Assembly: GCA_050179755.1 (NCBI GenBank) | Contig: JBFXEV010000001.1 | Location: 937,994 to 1,001,993 of the forward strand | Origin: Candidatus Babeliales bacterium | Lineage (GTDB): Bacteria; Babelota; Babeliae; Babelales; JBFXEV01 | Direction of reading: 5' to 3' | Length of the DNA stretch: 64,000 bases | In this document: positions 10,151-20,527 of the stretch, one piece after another | Layout of the letters: each line of letters starts with the position of its first letter | Position numbering within the stretch: the first letter of the stretch is position 1 | The notes under the pieces: generated by a model | What the model saw: only the letters and a program-made list of their open reading frames with translations | Told to the model about the DNA's origin: nothing | Databases searched by the model: none | Translations under genes and position numbers: made by a program

Positions 10151-11448
10151 AGATTTCAATTGTTTCATTATTTCCAGAATTGTATAAGCCGTTTTTAAGC
10201 ACTAGTTTGCTTGAACGTGCATCTGATAATAAGTTGGTTGATATACAGATTACCAGCTTATTTTCTTTTTCTGCGGCTAAAGTACGCGTAGATGGCCCCG
10301 CCTTTGGGCATGGCGCTGGTATGGTACTTAAGCCAGAAGTGATAGAACGAGCTGTTGAGGACACACAAAAAGAGCGTGGTAAAGCGTTTAAAGTTTTCTT
10401 TTCTCCTCATGGTACTAAACTTGATCAAAATGTGCTTGCTACCATTAAAGACAAAGTACAAGCTTCTGATAATCATCTCATGCTTATACCGGCGCGTTAT
10501 GAGGGTATAGATGCTCGCGCAGAAGCGGAATACGCCGATATGATTATTTCTATTGGTGATTACGTGCTTATGGGCGGCGACGTGCCTGCGATGGTGCTTC
10601 TTGAAGGGTTGCTCAGGCTTATTCCAGGTGTTGTGGGTAAACAAGAATCAGTGGAGTATGAATCTTTTTCAGGTCCGTTTGTGGATTGGCCAGCTTACAC
10701 GGCACCAGTTGAATGGCATGGCAACATAGTGCCTGAAGTGTTGCGATCAGGAAATCATAAGGCTATTGAAGAATGGCGCACGCAAGAAGCTGCCAAGAGA
10801 ACGATGATTGGCCATTTTGATTGGCTGCGCACGCAAAAACTTACTGACGTGCAGAAAAAAATTGCGTATAAGCAAATTCCATCACACTATGTTGCTCTCA
10901 TGCACACTGATGTGCGTTTGCCGCATGACCAGGTGGGTACTTCGTCAGTTACTACCTATGACATTCATGATATTGCGCGCTCCTCGCGTACCTATGACCT
11001 TAAAAATTATTTTATAGTTACCCCGCTTATTGATCAGCAAAAAATCGTGCAAAAACTGCTTGATTTTTGGTCCAGTGATATTGGGATAGATTATAATCCG
11101 CAGCGCCATGGAGCAGTATCGCGAGTTAAGTTAGTTCCTGAGCTTACTGATGCTATTGAGGCTATTGAGGCTCAAGAAGGCAAAAAGCCATTGGTGATTG
11201 GCACTTCTGCACGCAAGCAAGATGCCGTTGGTAAACAGATTAGTTTTCATGATCAGGGTTATGTATGGTCTCAGGATAGACCAGTATTATTGCTATTGGG
11301 CACTGCACAGGGTTTAAGCCAAGAAATTATAGATCGCTGCGATTATGTGCTCAGCCCAATTGATGGATTTTCAGATTTTAACCATTTATCGGTTCGTTCC
11401 GCTGCGGCTATCATTTTTGATCGATGGTTGGGATTGAACCCAAAATAA
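10147..11448 (+). CDS. trmD: tRNA (guanine37-N1)-methyltransferase TrmD fused to a C-terminal Tm1570-like SPOUT methyltransferase
   Basis: N-half GHGAGMVLKPE, RYEGID, SIGDYVLMGG, VPEVLRSGNH; C-half YVALMH, DIHDIARSSRTY, LLLGTAQGL, FNHLSVRSAAAIIFDR. Confidence 0.92.
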   Translation: MKISIVSLFPELYKPFLSTSLLERASDNKLVDIQITSLFSFSAAKVRVDGPAFGHGAGMVLKPEVIERAVEDTQKERGKAFKVFFSPHGTKLDQNVLATIKDKVQASDNHLMLIPARYEGIDARAEAEYADMIISIGDYVLMGGDVPAMVLLEGLLRLIPGVVGKQESVEYESFSGPFVDWPAYTAPVEWHGNIVPEVLRSGNHKAIEEWRTQEAAKRTMIGHFDWLRTQKLTDVQKKIAYKQIPSHYVALMHTDVRLPHDQVGTSSVTTYDIHDIARSSRTYDLKNYFIVTPLIDQQKIVQKLLDFWSSDIGIDYNPQRHGAVSRVKLVPELTDAIEAIEAQEGKKPLVIGTSARKQDAVGKQISFHDQGYVWSQDRPVLLLLGTAQGLSQEIIDRCDYVLSPIDGFSDFNHLSVRSAAAIIFDRWLGLNPK

Positions 11449-11507
11449 GGCAAAAGGCGTGTACAAATAGCTATTTTTGGGTTATAGTAGAATATTATAG
11501 ATTATTT

Positions 11508-11548
11508 CGTTCGTTCTTGATCTGGCCAAAGCTGGAGGGGATACGAAC
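11508..11548. repeat. degenerate intergenic palindromic element (GTTCGT...ATACGAAC)
   Basis: Inverted ends; 3' part AAAGCTGGAGGGGATACGAAC resembles AAGGCTGGAAGGGATACGAGC near 53108-53128. Confidence 0.45.
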
Positions 11549-11577
11549 ATCCCTAGTAAATTTAATAAGGATTCTCC

Positions 11578-12012
11578 ATGAGCAAGGCACAAGGTTATAC
11601 AAACGAAACAATAAAGCACTTGGGTGTAGCAAAGCGTACGCTACCTTTCTTTGGCATAGGTGACACTATTGTGGTGCATCAACGCATTAAAGAAGGTGGT
11701 AAAGAGCGTATTCAAACATTCCAAGGTGATGTTATTTGTATTCACCAAAATGGTAATGGCGCATCAGCTACGTTTACCGTGCGTAAACTTGGTGCTAACG
11801 CTGTATCGGTGGAACGTATTTTCCCTTATCACACGCCAATTATCTCTAAAATTGAATTAGTGAAACGTGGTAAAGTTCGTAGAGCTAAATTGTATTATTT
11901 ACGTGATCGCGTAGGTAGAGCAGCTCGTGTGACTGAAGACCGTGTAAATAAAGATTATGAAGGTCGTACTACTGGTGAAGTTGAAATTGTTGAAGAAACA
12001 GCAGCTGAGTAA
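11578..12012 (+). CDS. rplS: 50S ribosomal protein L19
   Basis: [34 protein letters not shown]. Confidence 0.97.
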   Translation: MSKAQGYTNETIKHLGVAKRTLPFFGIGDTIVVHQRIKEGGKERIQTFQGDVICIHQNGNGASATFTVRKLGANAVSVERIFPYHTPIISKIELVKRGKVRRAKLYYLRDRVGRAARVTEDRVNKDYEGRTTGEVEIVEETAAE

Positions 12013-12016
12013 TCCA

Positions 12017-12436
12017 GTGAATTACCGTCTTACAATTTTTGTTGCCATAGCGTGCATTTTTGCAGGTTGTGGCAACAAGTCTTTAAAGCAAGAGCAGCGC
12101 CATGCTTGGCAACAGGAACAAGCTCGTCTGTATGATATCCCGGTGCCAATTATGGCAGAACCTGATTTTGAATATACGTGGTCAGATGAACACGGCAGTA
12201 GAGTCTTGGGGTTTTTGGTGACTGCTGATAGCACGCAAGAACTGGTTGATTTTTATCGCGCTAACATGGTGCGCCATGGCTGGAGTGAGCGAGTTCTTAT
12301 TCGTGGCCGAGAAGTACTGATTGAATTTGAAAAACCAGAAAAGTTGTGCTGTGTTTCAGTGCGGCCTGAAGGGCAAGAAAAAATGAGATTAGTTCTTTCG
12401 GTAGGTTGCAAAGATATAGACGTGTTATATACATAA
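12017..12436 (+). CDS. putative lipoprotein
   Basis: GTG start; leader with lipobox IFAG-C. Confidence 0.65.
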   Translation: MNYRLTIFVAIACIFAGCGNKSLKQEQRHAWQQEQARLYDIPVPIMAEPDFEYTWSDEHGSRVLGFLVTADSTQELVDFYRANMVRHGWSERVLIRGREVLIEFEKPEKLCCVSVRPEGQEKMRLVLSVGCKDIDVLYT

Positions 12437-12469
12437 AAAAAGCCCCGCAATAGAGCGGGGCTTTTTTTT
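12435..12469. terminator. bidirectional intrinsic terminator
   Basis: AAAAAAAGCCCCGC-loop-GCGGGGCTTTTTTT between convergent genes. Confidence 0.9.
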
Positions 12470-12485
12470 AATAATTAATTCTGAT

Positions 12486-13031
12486 TTAATACTGTTCTTT
12501 TTCAGTGAATTCAATGTTGCGAACGCCTGGTGTACCAGTTTTCTTAATAGGGCACACTTGCGAGTTGCACGCATGACCTGTTGTTACTACTGTAGTCACC
12601 TTTGTTGTCTTGAGCATCTTAACTTCAGCTTCTAATTTTTCATTTAAAGAAGCTAAGTAGTCATTTGTGCGTTCAGAGCGAGCAAGATTTGCGCGCAATT
12701 GAGCGTTTTCTGCTTCAAGTGACTTACGCATGCTGCGTTCACGAGCAAGTTGTTCTTGAGCAACATGTAAGTCTCGTTTTAAATACGGACATTCAACCGT
12801 GATAGTGCGAGGAGGTTCTTGAATGTATACCGTTTCACGTTCAATGTAACGATTATCATAACCACAATCATAACTAGAACAGTTGTTTGATGCAGCTGCT
12901 TGACCTAACATAAAGCCTGCAATGCCGCTTCCAATACCTATAGCAGCACTTTTTGCACCACCAGCTTGTATATTTAAAGCAGGGGTCATTAAGAGTGTTG
13001 CTGCAATGATTGTTTTGAGAGTACGGTTCAT
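12486..13031 (-). CDS. secreted hypothetical protein with glycine-rich hydrophobic segment and coiled coil
   Basis: Signal peptide ending IQA; AAIGIGSGIAGFMLG; heptads. Confidence 0.7.
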   Translation of the reverse strand: MNRTLKTIIAATLLMTPALNIQAGGAKSAAIGIGSGIAGFMLGQAAASNNCSSYDCGYDNRYIERETVYIQEPPRTITVECPYLKRDLHVAQEQLARERSMRKSLEAENAQLRANLARSERTNDYLASLNEKLEAEVKMLKTTKVTTVVTTGHACNSQVCPIKKTGTPGVRNIEFTEKEQY

Positions 13032-13143
13032 AGTGGTTCCTTTCTCTTTGAAATGTAATCTACGCCATTATTGTATCATTAATTTCTTAATTAATCAATA
13101 CTATTGCAGATAGAAAACTATTCCTTGTTTGCCAGATGTAGAG

Positions 13144-14535
13144 CTACGCTTGGCCCAGGTAATGAACTAATTTATTTATTTTGCCTGCTCCCTGCAATAA
13201 AATGAGATCATCAGAAGCAATGGTGGGAATAAGCGCTTTTTTGATTGAAGCAAAATCATCTTCTAAAGGTGCATAGATAACCTTAAAATTTGGATTGCGC
13301 TGGAGGAGCGCTTTCGTAAGATTTAAGCCCGTTACTTCGGGGATCGGGTGCTCAGAAGCCGGGTAAATATCGGTAATAATAAGCGTATCAATTGCACTAT
13401 GTAAGAACATATCTACAAATTGATCCCATAGGGCGTGGGTTCGTGTAAATCTATGTGGTTGAAACACCACCGTAAGATTGTTTTTGGACCTTTTACGAGC
13501 CACTAATAAGGTATTTTGAATTTCAACTGGATGATGGCCATAATCGTCAAATAGTTCAGCGCCTTTAAAAAGTCCTTGATAACTAAATCTACGCTCAACT
13601 CCTTTAAAGCTGGAAAGAGCTTGAGTGATACGCTCAAAAGGAATGTCAAGGTCACGCGTTACAGCAATGGCTGCAAGAGCGTTAAGCACATTATGCTTGC
13701 CGGGCATGTTAAGAGTAATGTGCCCTAATTCTATAATGCTTTTTTCATACACCGTAAACTGAGAATTGTCAGCATGTAAAGTAATATCACGTGCCATAAT
13801 GTCTGCTGCATGCTCAATGCCATACGTAATAGTTTTTAAATGGGGCATAGGTAGTAATGAGCGGATTTGCGCATCATCAATGCATATAAATGCTTTGCCA
13901 TAAAAAGGAAGATTATTTAAGAATTGTTTAAACGTATCTTTAATATCATCAATGTCTTTATAAGTTTCCAAGTGTTCAAGATCTATATTGGTAACAACGG
14001 CTAATGTTGCTTGCAAATGAATGAGCGATCTATCACTTTCATCTGCCTCTGCAACCAAAAAATCACCATTGCCAAACTGTGCATTGGTAGAAATTGTTTT
14101 TAGATGGCCACCGATAATTACCGTGGGGTCAATGCCCGCTTCGAGCAAGATATGAGAAATAAGAGAGGTTGTGGTTGTTTTACCATGAGAGCCAGCAATA
14201 GCAATGCTATATTTAGTGCGCATGAGCTCTGCAAGCATGAGTGCGCGAGTAATTGTTGGAATGCCGCGCTTTTGCGCCGCAACAATTTCAGCATTATCCT
14301 TTTTTAAAGCAGAGGAATATACCAGGATTTCTATGCTTTGATCTTGGCAACCGGGTCCGTTGTTGCCTTTATAAATAGTGCAGCCAAGATCTTGTAGGTC
14401 TTTGATGTTTTCTTTATCACAGGTAAGATCACATCCAGAAATGGTATAGCCTTGTGATGCTAATATTTTGGCAATGCCAGACATGCCAATGCCACCGATT
14501 CCTACAAAATGAACATGCGCTTTTTTTCTATACAT
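13144..14535 (-). CDS. murC: UDP-N-acetylmuramate--L-alanine ligase
   Basis: HFVGIGGIGMSG, AGSHGKTTT, EADESD, DDYGHHP, FQPHRF. Confidence 0.97.
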   Translation of the reverse strand: MYRKKAHVHFVGIGGIGMSGIAKILASQGYTISGCDLTCDKENIKDLQDLGCTIYKGNNGPGCQDQSIEILVYSSALKKDNAEIVAAQKRGIPTITRALMLAELMRTKYSIAIAGSHGKTTTTSLISHILLEAGIDPTVIIGGHLKTISTNAQFGNGDFLVAEADESDRSLIHLQATLAVVTNIDLEHLETYKDIDDIKDTFKQFLNNLPFYGKAFICIDDAQIRSLLPMPHLKTITYGIEHAADIMARDITLHADNSQFTVYEKSIIELGHITLNMPGKHNVLNALAAIAVTRDLDIPFERITQALSSFKGVERRFSYQGLFKGAELFDDYGHHPVEIQNTLLVARKRSKNNLTVVFQPHRFTRTHALWDQFVDMFLHSAIDTLIITDIYPASEHPIPEVTGLNLTKALLQRNPNFKVIYAPLEDDFASIKKALIPTIASDDLILLQGAGKINKLVHYLGQA

Positions 14536-14614
14536 AATTTTTAAAATCCGGTTCTACAAGTGATTATTGAGACTTTGAGTCATCATCATAACATAGAAAC
14601 AGAGGTTAACAAAA

Positions 14615-15004
14615 TTATAACAGCTCTCTCAGCGTCATGAGTTGTTTTTGTAATAGCGTAAGTTTCTTGCGCAGGGAATCAGGTATGATTACGTTGTTTT
14701 CAGTGGCTTTTGGTTGTTTGGTGAGCTCTGGCTCAAGAGTTGTTTTTTGTGACGCCAAATAAGGATCTTTTGTTTTAGTGATTAAAAATTTTTTGGCTCC
14801 TGCAATAGTAAAGCCTCGTTCATACAGTAATTGTTTAATAAGTTTAAACGTATCAAGGTCTTTTTGAATATAAAAGCGTTGCCCGCCAGAGGAGCGATGT
14901 GAGCTGAGCCCAAACTCTTTTTCCCAAAAACGGATAACAAATCGTTCCACGCTGAGTTCCTTTGCCAATTGCCCTATACGGAAATGGCGTTCTTCCATGT
15001 GCAT
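14615..15004 (-). CDS. MerR-family HTH regulator
   Basis: FRIGQLAKEL...IRFWEKEF...GGQRFY...LLYERGFTIAGAK. Confidence 0.88.
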   Translation of the reverse strand: MHMEERHFRIGQLAKELSVERFVIRFWEKEFGLSSHRSSGGQRFYIQKDLDTFKLIKQLLYERGFTIAGAKKFLITKTKDPYLASQKTTLEPELTKQPKATENNVIIPDSLRKKLTLLQKQLMTLRELL

Positions 15005-15146
15005 ACTATCTCCTTTTTTTGAAAGTCCACTACGTTACTACTTTACGAAAAAGAATCACTCATTGCAAGAGCTTGCACCTGGTAGAAACTGTTCTCCTGT
15101 GGTATTCTAAAGGATATTATTTTTAAAACATAAAGGATTTGCCCCT

Positions 15147-16706
15147 ATGAACATTAAAATACAGGATTTATTGTTGCCTTTTGCCTTGGCATTACTAACT
15201 ATGTGGGCAGTCAACTATTTTTGGGATAATAAACAACAAACTGCAGAAGATGTTGCAGGCCGCAGAATAGAAGCACCGGCACTTGCGCAAAGATATGAAG
15301 CACCAAATCTAGAAATAGATTTTTATGATAATGAGAAAAAAAATGAAGAACTAGTAACCGTGTTAGAAAATGAACATGCGCGGTATCAATTTACCAATCA
15401 TGGCGCTGCGTTACAACACGTTACGTTTATACGTTGCGAATCGGGGCAAATGCAGCATATTTCAGTGCTTGATGCGCCAACGGAAGAATCACGTGAAAAT
15501 CGTGCATACTTAGTAGCTTTGAATAGACAAACTCCGTATTACTTTGATTTAATAAAGCAAGATCAAGATGAGACAGCGCACTATTTGACCTATAGAGCCG
15601 ATTTTGGTGATGGAATACTTGAAAAGAAATTTACGATTTATAAAGATACGTTCAAAATTAGTTTAAATATTACGGTAACACCAAAAGCTGATGTTGAACC
15701 AGTACGCTTGCGTATATTCTTTAGTGCACCACGTATAAAAGATTTAGGAGCAAAAGATACCTTGGCTGCGTTTGTGGACGAATCAGGCAAATTGTTAACA
15801 TATGCGCGTCCTCTTGCAGCAACTGGCGCCTATTGGGAAGCGCCAACAGTACAAGGCTTAAACGACCGTTATTTTGTTGATGCATTTGTTAATGATGCTA
15901 ATAACTTTGTGCAACGGGGTTATTTTAAGCCAGTATCATTATCTAACGAGCATATGAGCTTGCAGGGCATATTAGAAAGTAAACCAGTAAGCACTCAAAC
16001 GTCTTGGAATGTTTCGTTCTATTTTGGACCTAAAACAGCAGACGCTATGAACGCAGTGGATCCACGGCTTGAGCAAACGATTGATTATGGTTTTTTTGCA
16101 GCTGTTTCTCGCCCTATTTCAAAGCTTCTTTTGAAATTGCTTAATGGCATTTATGGATACGTGCATAACTATGGTTGGGCAATTGTCATATTAACGCTTC
16201 TTATGCGTTTATTAATGCTGCCATTTACGTTGCAAGCGCAAAATGCCGGCAAAAAGAATGAAGAATTCCAAAAGCGTTTAAAGCATATTCAAATGCGTTA
16301 TAAAGATGACCCAGAAGCGCTTAATCAAGCACGCATGGAGTTGATAAGAAAGCATGGTATCATGCCTGGTGCAAGCGGTTGTTTGCCATTACTTGCGCAA
16401 TTACCGTTGTTTTGGGGTCTACATGTGGTTCTTGCCAATTCAATAGAGCTTTATAACGCACCGTTTTTATGGATTAATGATTTATCATCAGCAGATCCTT
16501 ATTATATCTTGCCGGTACTTACTGGTATTGGTATGATGCTTGCAACTCCTACAACAAGTGATCCTAAGCAACGTATTATGTCTATTGGTATGGGGTTGTT
16601 CTTTATGGCAATTGCTACTAACTTTTCAGCAGGGCTTGCGCTCTTTATGGCAGTTAGTATGCTTGCAGCGGCATTACAACTTGCGCTTACTCGTGGGATT
16701 AAATAA
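15147..16706 (+). CDS. yidC: membrane protein insertase YidC
   Basis: N-terminal TM, periplasmic domain, YFGPK, NYGWAIVILT, GCLPLLAQLP, WINDLSSADPYYILP. Confidence 0.93.
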   Translation: MNIKIQDLLLPFALALLTMWAVNYFWDNKQQTAEDVAGRRIEAPALAQRYEAPNLEIDFYDNEKKNEELVTVLENEHARYQFTNHGAALQHVTFIRCESGQMQHISVLDAPTEESRENRAYLVALNRQTPYYFDLIKQDQDETAHYLTYRADFGDGILEKKFTIYKDTFKISLNITVTPKADVEPVRLRIFFSAPRIKDLGAKDTLAAFVDESGKLLTYARPLAATGAYWEAPTVQGLNDRYFVDAFVNDANNFVQRGYFKPVSLSNEHMSLQGILESKPVSTQTSWNVSFYFGPKTADAMNAVDPRLEQTIDYGFFAAVSRPISKLLLKLLNGIYGYVHNYGWAIVILTLLMRLLMLPFTLQAQNAGKKNEEFQKRLKHIQMRYKDDPEALNQARMELIRKHGIMPGASGCLPLLAQLPLFWGLHVVLANSIELYNAPFLWINDLSSADPYYILPVLTGIGMMLATPTTSDPKQRIMSIGMGLFFMAIATNFSAGLALFMAVSMLAAALQLALTRGIK

Positions 16707-17308
16707 TGATTGATAAGTTGCCAACGCTTGCTCGTTTAGTTCAGCAGTTGCAACAGATGCCTTATTTGGCATCAAAGAATCTCTATCGATTCACTAATCA
16801 CGTGCTCACCATGGATGAGAGTAGAGTAAAGCAATTGTGTGATACTATTTTGCAAGCAAAACAAAGTATTATTCCGTGTTCCACGTGTTATGCATGGCAA
16901 GAAAAAGCCCAGCCTTGTTTGTTTTGTGGATCAACAAAACGTGATCAAACGCTTGTGTGTGTAGTGCAAACGTGGCAAGATCTTGTGGCAATTGAACAAA
17001 CAAGCGGTTATCATGGCGTGTATCATGTGCTTGGTGGTGTTATTTATCCACTTGAAGGGGTAGGGCCAGAAGACCTTACGATCGAACCACTTATTGCTCG
17101 TGTGCAAACTAGTAATATTACAGAGATTATTTTAGCAACTAATCAAACACCAGAAGGTGAAGCTACGGCTGCGTATATTGCGCGCAAGTTAAAACCATCT
17201 GGTGTTAAAGTGTCATGCTTGGCTCGTGGCGTGCCGGTAGGTTCTTCACTTGAGTATATGGATCGTTTGACCGTTATGAAGGCACTTTCTGAAAGAAGGA
17301 TTTTTTAA
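16706..17308 (+). CDS. recR: recombination mediator RecR
   Basis: CSTC..CLFC zinc finger, YHGVYHVLGG, TPEGEATA TOPRIM. Confidence 0.95.
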   Translation: MIDKLPTLARLVQQLQQMPYLASKNLYRFTNHVLTMDESRVKQLCDTILQAKQSIIPCSTCYAWQEKAQPCLFCGSTKRDQTLVCVVQTWQDLVAIEQTSGYHGVYHVLGGVIYPLEGVGPEDLTIEPLIARVQTSNITEIILATNQTPEGEATAAYIARKLKPSGVKVSCLARGVPVGSSLEYMDRLTVMKALSERRIF

Positions 17309-18600
17309 TGCCATTAATTGAACAAATTCCCATGCAAATTTACATTGATCGTAGAAAAGAATTAGTTGATCGAATAAAAAAACAACATAATGCAACCACG
17401 GGCATTGTTGTGCTCATAGCTGATTTTGAAGGTGAATGCAAACGCTTTCGTCAAGACCCGTCATTTTATTATTACACGGGTATAGAAGAGCCTGCGTGTA
17501 TGCTTATTATTGATGTAGGATCAGGAAAATCAACACTCTATACTCCAAATTTTGGTGATGAACGCAAAAAATGGGTAGTATCTCAAACGCAACCAGGCAA
17601 TCATGCAGCACTAGGTGTGGATGCTATTGAATATACTGGCAAGCCTTGTGTGGGATATCAATGTTATCCTTTTTTTACTGATAATGAATATGCACATGTT
17701 ATTGAATTATTTAAACATTGCATTAGTGCTAGAATTCCCGTGTATACGCTTGCGCCAACAGTTGCGCATTCGTACATTGATCAACGGTTTGTTTTATTAC
17801 GATTAGGTCAGATGATTGATGGCTTTCACCAATCAATTGTTGATGTATCGCCAATTGTTGCAACGATGCGTCGCAAAAAAAGTCATAGAGAACTTGAATT
17901 GTTGTATAAAGCGATCTTGATCACTGAAGATGCGCATGATGCGTTTGCGCGAGTGCTTGAGCCTGGCAAAGTTGAATATGAGTTGCAAGCAACTATTGAG
18001 TATATGTTTACTTTTCAAGGTGCTTCGCAAGCATTTCCTTCTATAGTTGCTACAGGGAAAAACGGTACCGTGTTACATTACATGCAAAATAATACGCCGG
18101 TAAAAGCTGGTGATTTGGTTGTTGTAGATATTGGTGCAGATTACAATTATTATTGCGCGGACATCACGAGAACGTATCCAGTTTCAGGTAAATTTACCGA
18201 CCGACAAAAAGAAATATATAATTTGGTTTTGGAAACGCAAGAATATATTGCAAGCATTGCAAAGCCAGGACTTTGGTTATCCAATAAAAATGAGCCAGAG
18301 CAATCACTTAATCATTTGGCAAAAGCCTATTTAAAAGAACGTGGGTATGATCAATATTTTCTTCATGGTATTGGCCATTTTTTGGGTATAGACGTGCATG
18401 ATGTTGGTGATTATTCCATACCGTTAATGCCGGGTGACGTGATTACTATTGAACCGGGTATTTATATTGCTGATGAAGGCATTGGTGTGCGCATTGAGGA
18501 TGATTATTGGGTGGTGGAGGATGGCGTTGAATGCTTAAGCCGTGACTTGCCAAAAGACATTCCAGCAATTGAAGATATGGTAAACTCTTCTATCGAATAA
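17308..18600 (+). CDS. pepP: Xaa-Pro aminopeptidase (M24B)
   Basis: FRQDPSFYYYTG, LHY, DIGA..YCADITRT, HGIGHFLGIDVHD, TIEPGIY, GVRIEDD. Confidence 0.92.
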   Translation: MPLIEQIPMQIYIDRRKELVDRIKKQHNATTGIVVLIADFEGECKRFRQDPSFYYYTGIEEPACMLIIDVGSGKSTLYTPNFGDERKKWVVSQTQPGNHAALGVDAIEYTGKPCVGYQCYPFFTDNEYAHVIELFKHCISARIPVYTLAPTVAHSYIDQRFVLLRLGQMIDGFHQSIVDVSPIVATMRRKKSHRELELLYKAILITEDAHDAFARVLEPGKVEYELQATIEYMFTFQGASQAFPSIVATGKNGTVLHYMQNNTPVKAGDLVVVDIGADYNYYCADITRTYPVSGKFTDRQKEIYNLVLETQEYIASIAKPGLWLSNKNEPEQSLNHLAKAYLKERGYDQYFLHGIGHFLGIDVHDVGDYSIPLMPGDVITIEPGIYIADEGIGVRIEDDYWVVEDGVECLSRDLPKDIPAIEDMVNSSIE

Positions 18601-18629
18601 TTGTATTCATATTGAATACAAATTATTCG
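18595..18629. repeat. AT-rich near-perfect palindrome at the pepP stop
   Basis: CGAATAATTGTATTCA-TAT-TGAATACAAATTATTCG. Confidence 0.55.
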
Positions 18630-18738
18630 AGAATGATGAAGTTGTAAAAGTAAACTAAGCCCTGCTGCTATAATTAACAGTAGGGCATTTTTTATTGTTA
18701 TATGAAAATTAGTTACTGTATCGGTCAGACAAATAAAA

Positions 18739-18764
18739 CCCTTCGAAGCTTTAGCGTAGTAGGG
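18739..18764. repeat. REP-like palindrome (GAAG-CTTTAGC-GTAG core)
   Basis: CCCTTCGAAGCTTTAGCGTAGTAGGG; same core as 41857, 53090 and 55002. Confidence 0.65.
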
Positions 18765-20345
18765 TTATTTTAATTTCTTGTTGGCTAGGTATAACAAAAG
18801 CAGAGCAAGTAGCAATCCTACCGATAATGAGCACGCAATATTAAACCAGAATGGTTGCGTTGCAAGTAATCCAGCAATTAAGAATGAAACACATGTGCCA
18901 AATATAACTGGTAATGCATAATAAATTTGTGTATGAACATGATCAGACAAATAACAACTTGCGCTAGCAGCAGACATTAAGGTTGTGCTTGCAATGGGCG
19001 AAACGTGATCGCCGGCTACAGCGCCTGCAAAAATTGCAGCTATAAGTGGATATAATAAAGGCACTGATTCTGGTGTTAGTGGTGGAGTGAGTGGCGAGAA
19101 TTGCGCAAGCATGGGTACTGCTAAAGGAATCATAATTGCAATAGTGCCCCAAGAAGATCCGATTGCCACACACGTAATCAAAGTAATGATAAAAAATAAA
19201 CAAGGTAACAATGCAACTGAAAATGATTGCATAACAAGTTGTGCAAGGTAGGCACCCGTATGTAATTCTGTGCGCAGTAAACTGCCAAACGTCCACGCAA
19301 GAAAAAGTACGGCAATAGATGGTGCCATAGAGTCATATCCTTCTTTTATAATGTGCGGGATTGTAGCAATTGTTATGGTATTTCTTAGAAGTGAAAATAG
19401 CAAGCTTGCACTAAAGGCGAGTAATCCGCCAAGGAAAAGGCCTATAAAAATATCTGTGTTTTGGAATGCCTCAATCAGTGTGTTGTTGCCACCAAATACA
19501 TTAAAATTACCTAAATAGAGTAGCGTAATAAATACGCTTGTAAAAAGTGATAAAAATGGAAAAAGAAAATCAATAAATGCACCTTTTGTATGGACATGCG
19601 TGAGTGGCAGTGTCAAATCCTGTTTGCCGCCAACTAAATTTCCTGTTGTTGCTGCAATGTGTTCATGCTTGTGCATTGGTCCGAATGAGATCCCGCATTG
19701 CACAATGTAAATCACTGCACACAACGTAATGAATGAATAAAAAATAAAAGGTATTGAAGCAATATACGTGGCAAAAGGATCGGCCAGTATAAGGGGATTG
19801 TTATGTGTATTGGCACTAATTCCTGATTGCTCAAGCTGTGCAAGAAGCATGGCAATCCAACTGCTGATTGGTATGAGAATAACAAGCGGTGAAGCAAGCG
19901 CATCAATTAGATAGGCAAGTTTTGCGTGTGCAATATGATATTTGTCGGTGAGTGGCCGCATAATAGAACCAACGGTAATGCTGCTAAAAAAATCATCGAT
20001 CATAAAACAAAGAGAGAGGCCAATTGATCCTAGTTCAGCTTGCTTTTTACTTTTCAAACGCCGTTGCACCAAGTTTGCATATGCTTGTGTGCCGCCGGTG
20101 CGCTCAAGGAGTGCAATTAACGAGCCAAGTGTTATTAAAAACGCAAACGTGTAAATGTTATCTTGATTAACTTGTTGCCAGGCATTATGTGCAATAAGTT
20201 TGAATGCCCCAATAAAGGAAAGATTGCTTGCAATACAAGCTGCCGTAATGATGCCTGCAATAAGCGCAGGTATTACTCGTTTGGTTGCAATGGCAAGAGT
20301 AAGCACCAAAAGGGGGGGTACAAGTGAAAGCCAGCCAAGCTGCAT
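18765..20345 (-). CDS. NhaC-family Na+/H+ antiporter-like transporter (substrate uncertain, may be an amino acid)
   Basis: WLSLVPPL, IDDFFS, KLAYLID, PISSW, GSSWGT, GAVAGDHVSPI; many TM helices. Confidence 0.85.
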   Translation of the reverse strand: MQLGWLSLVPPLLVLTLAIATKRVIPALIAGIITAACIASNLSFIGAFKLIAHNAWQQVNQDNIYTFAFLITLGSLIALLERTGGTQAYANLVQRRLKSKKQAELGSIGLSLCFMIDDFFSSITVGSIMRPLTDKYHIAHAKLAYLIDALASPLVILIPISSWIAMLLAQLEQSGISANTHNNPLILADPFATYIASIPFIFYSFITLCAVIYIVQCGISFGPMHKHEHIAATTGNLVGGKQDLTLPLTHVHTKGAFIDFLFPFLSLFTSVFITLLYLGNFNVFGGNNTLIEAFQNTDIFIGLFLGGLLAFSASLLFSLLRNTITIATIPHIIKEGYDSMAPSIAVLFLAWTFGSLLRTELHTGAYLAQLVMQSFSVALLPCLFFIITLITCVAIGSSWGTIAIMIPLAVPMLAQFSPLTPPLTPESVPLLYPLIAAIFAGAVAGDHVSPIASTTLMSAASASCYLSDHVHTQIYYALPVIFGTCVSFLIAGLLATQPFWFNIACSLSVGLLLALLLLYLANKKLK

Positions 20346-20527
20346 AAATGTCCTTTATTGTTAAAGTAGTATTTTTTGTATTTCATTAGTGTAATATGAG
20401 ATCTTAGCTCTGTATAGGGATTTCTTGAGGATAAAGAGATTGACCAGGAGGGGAATTTGCCGTAATATAGAGACTATACCCCCGTTCAAATAGTATATAA
20501 AAAGCTCTCACGAGGATACAACAAATT

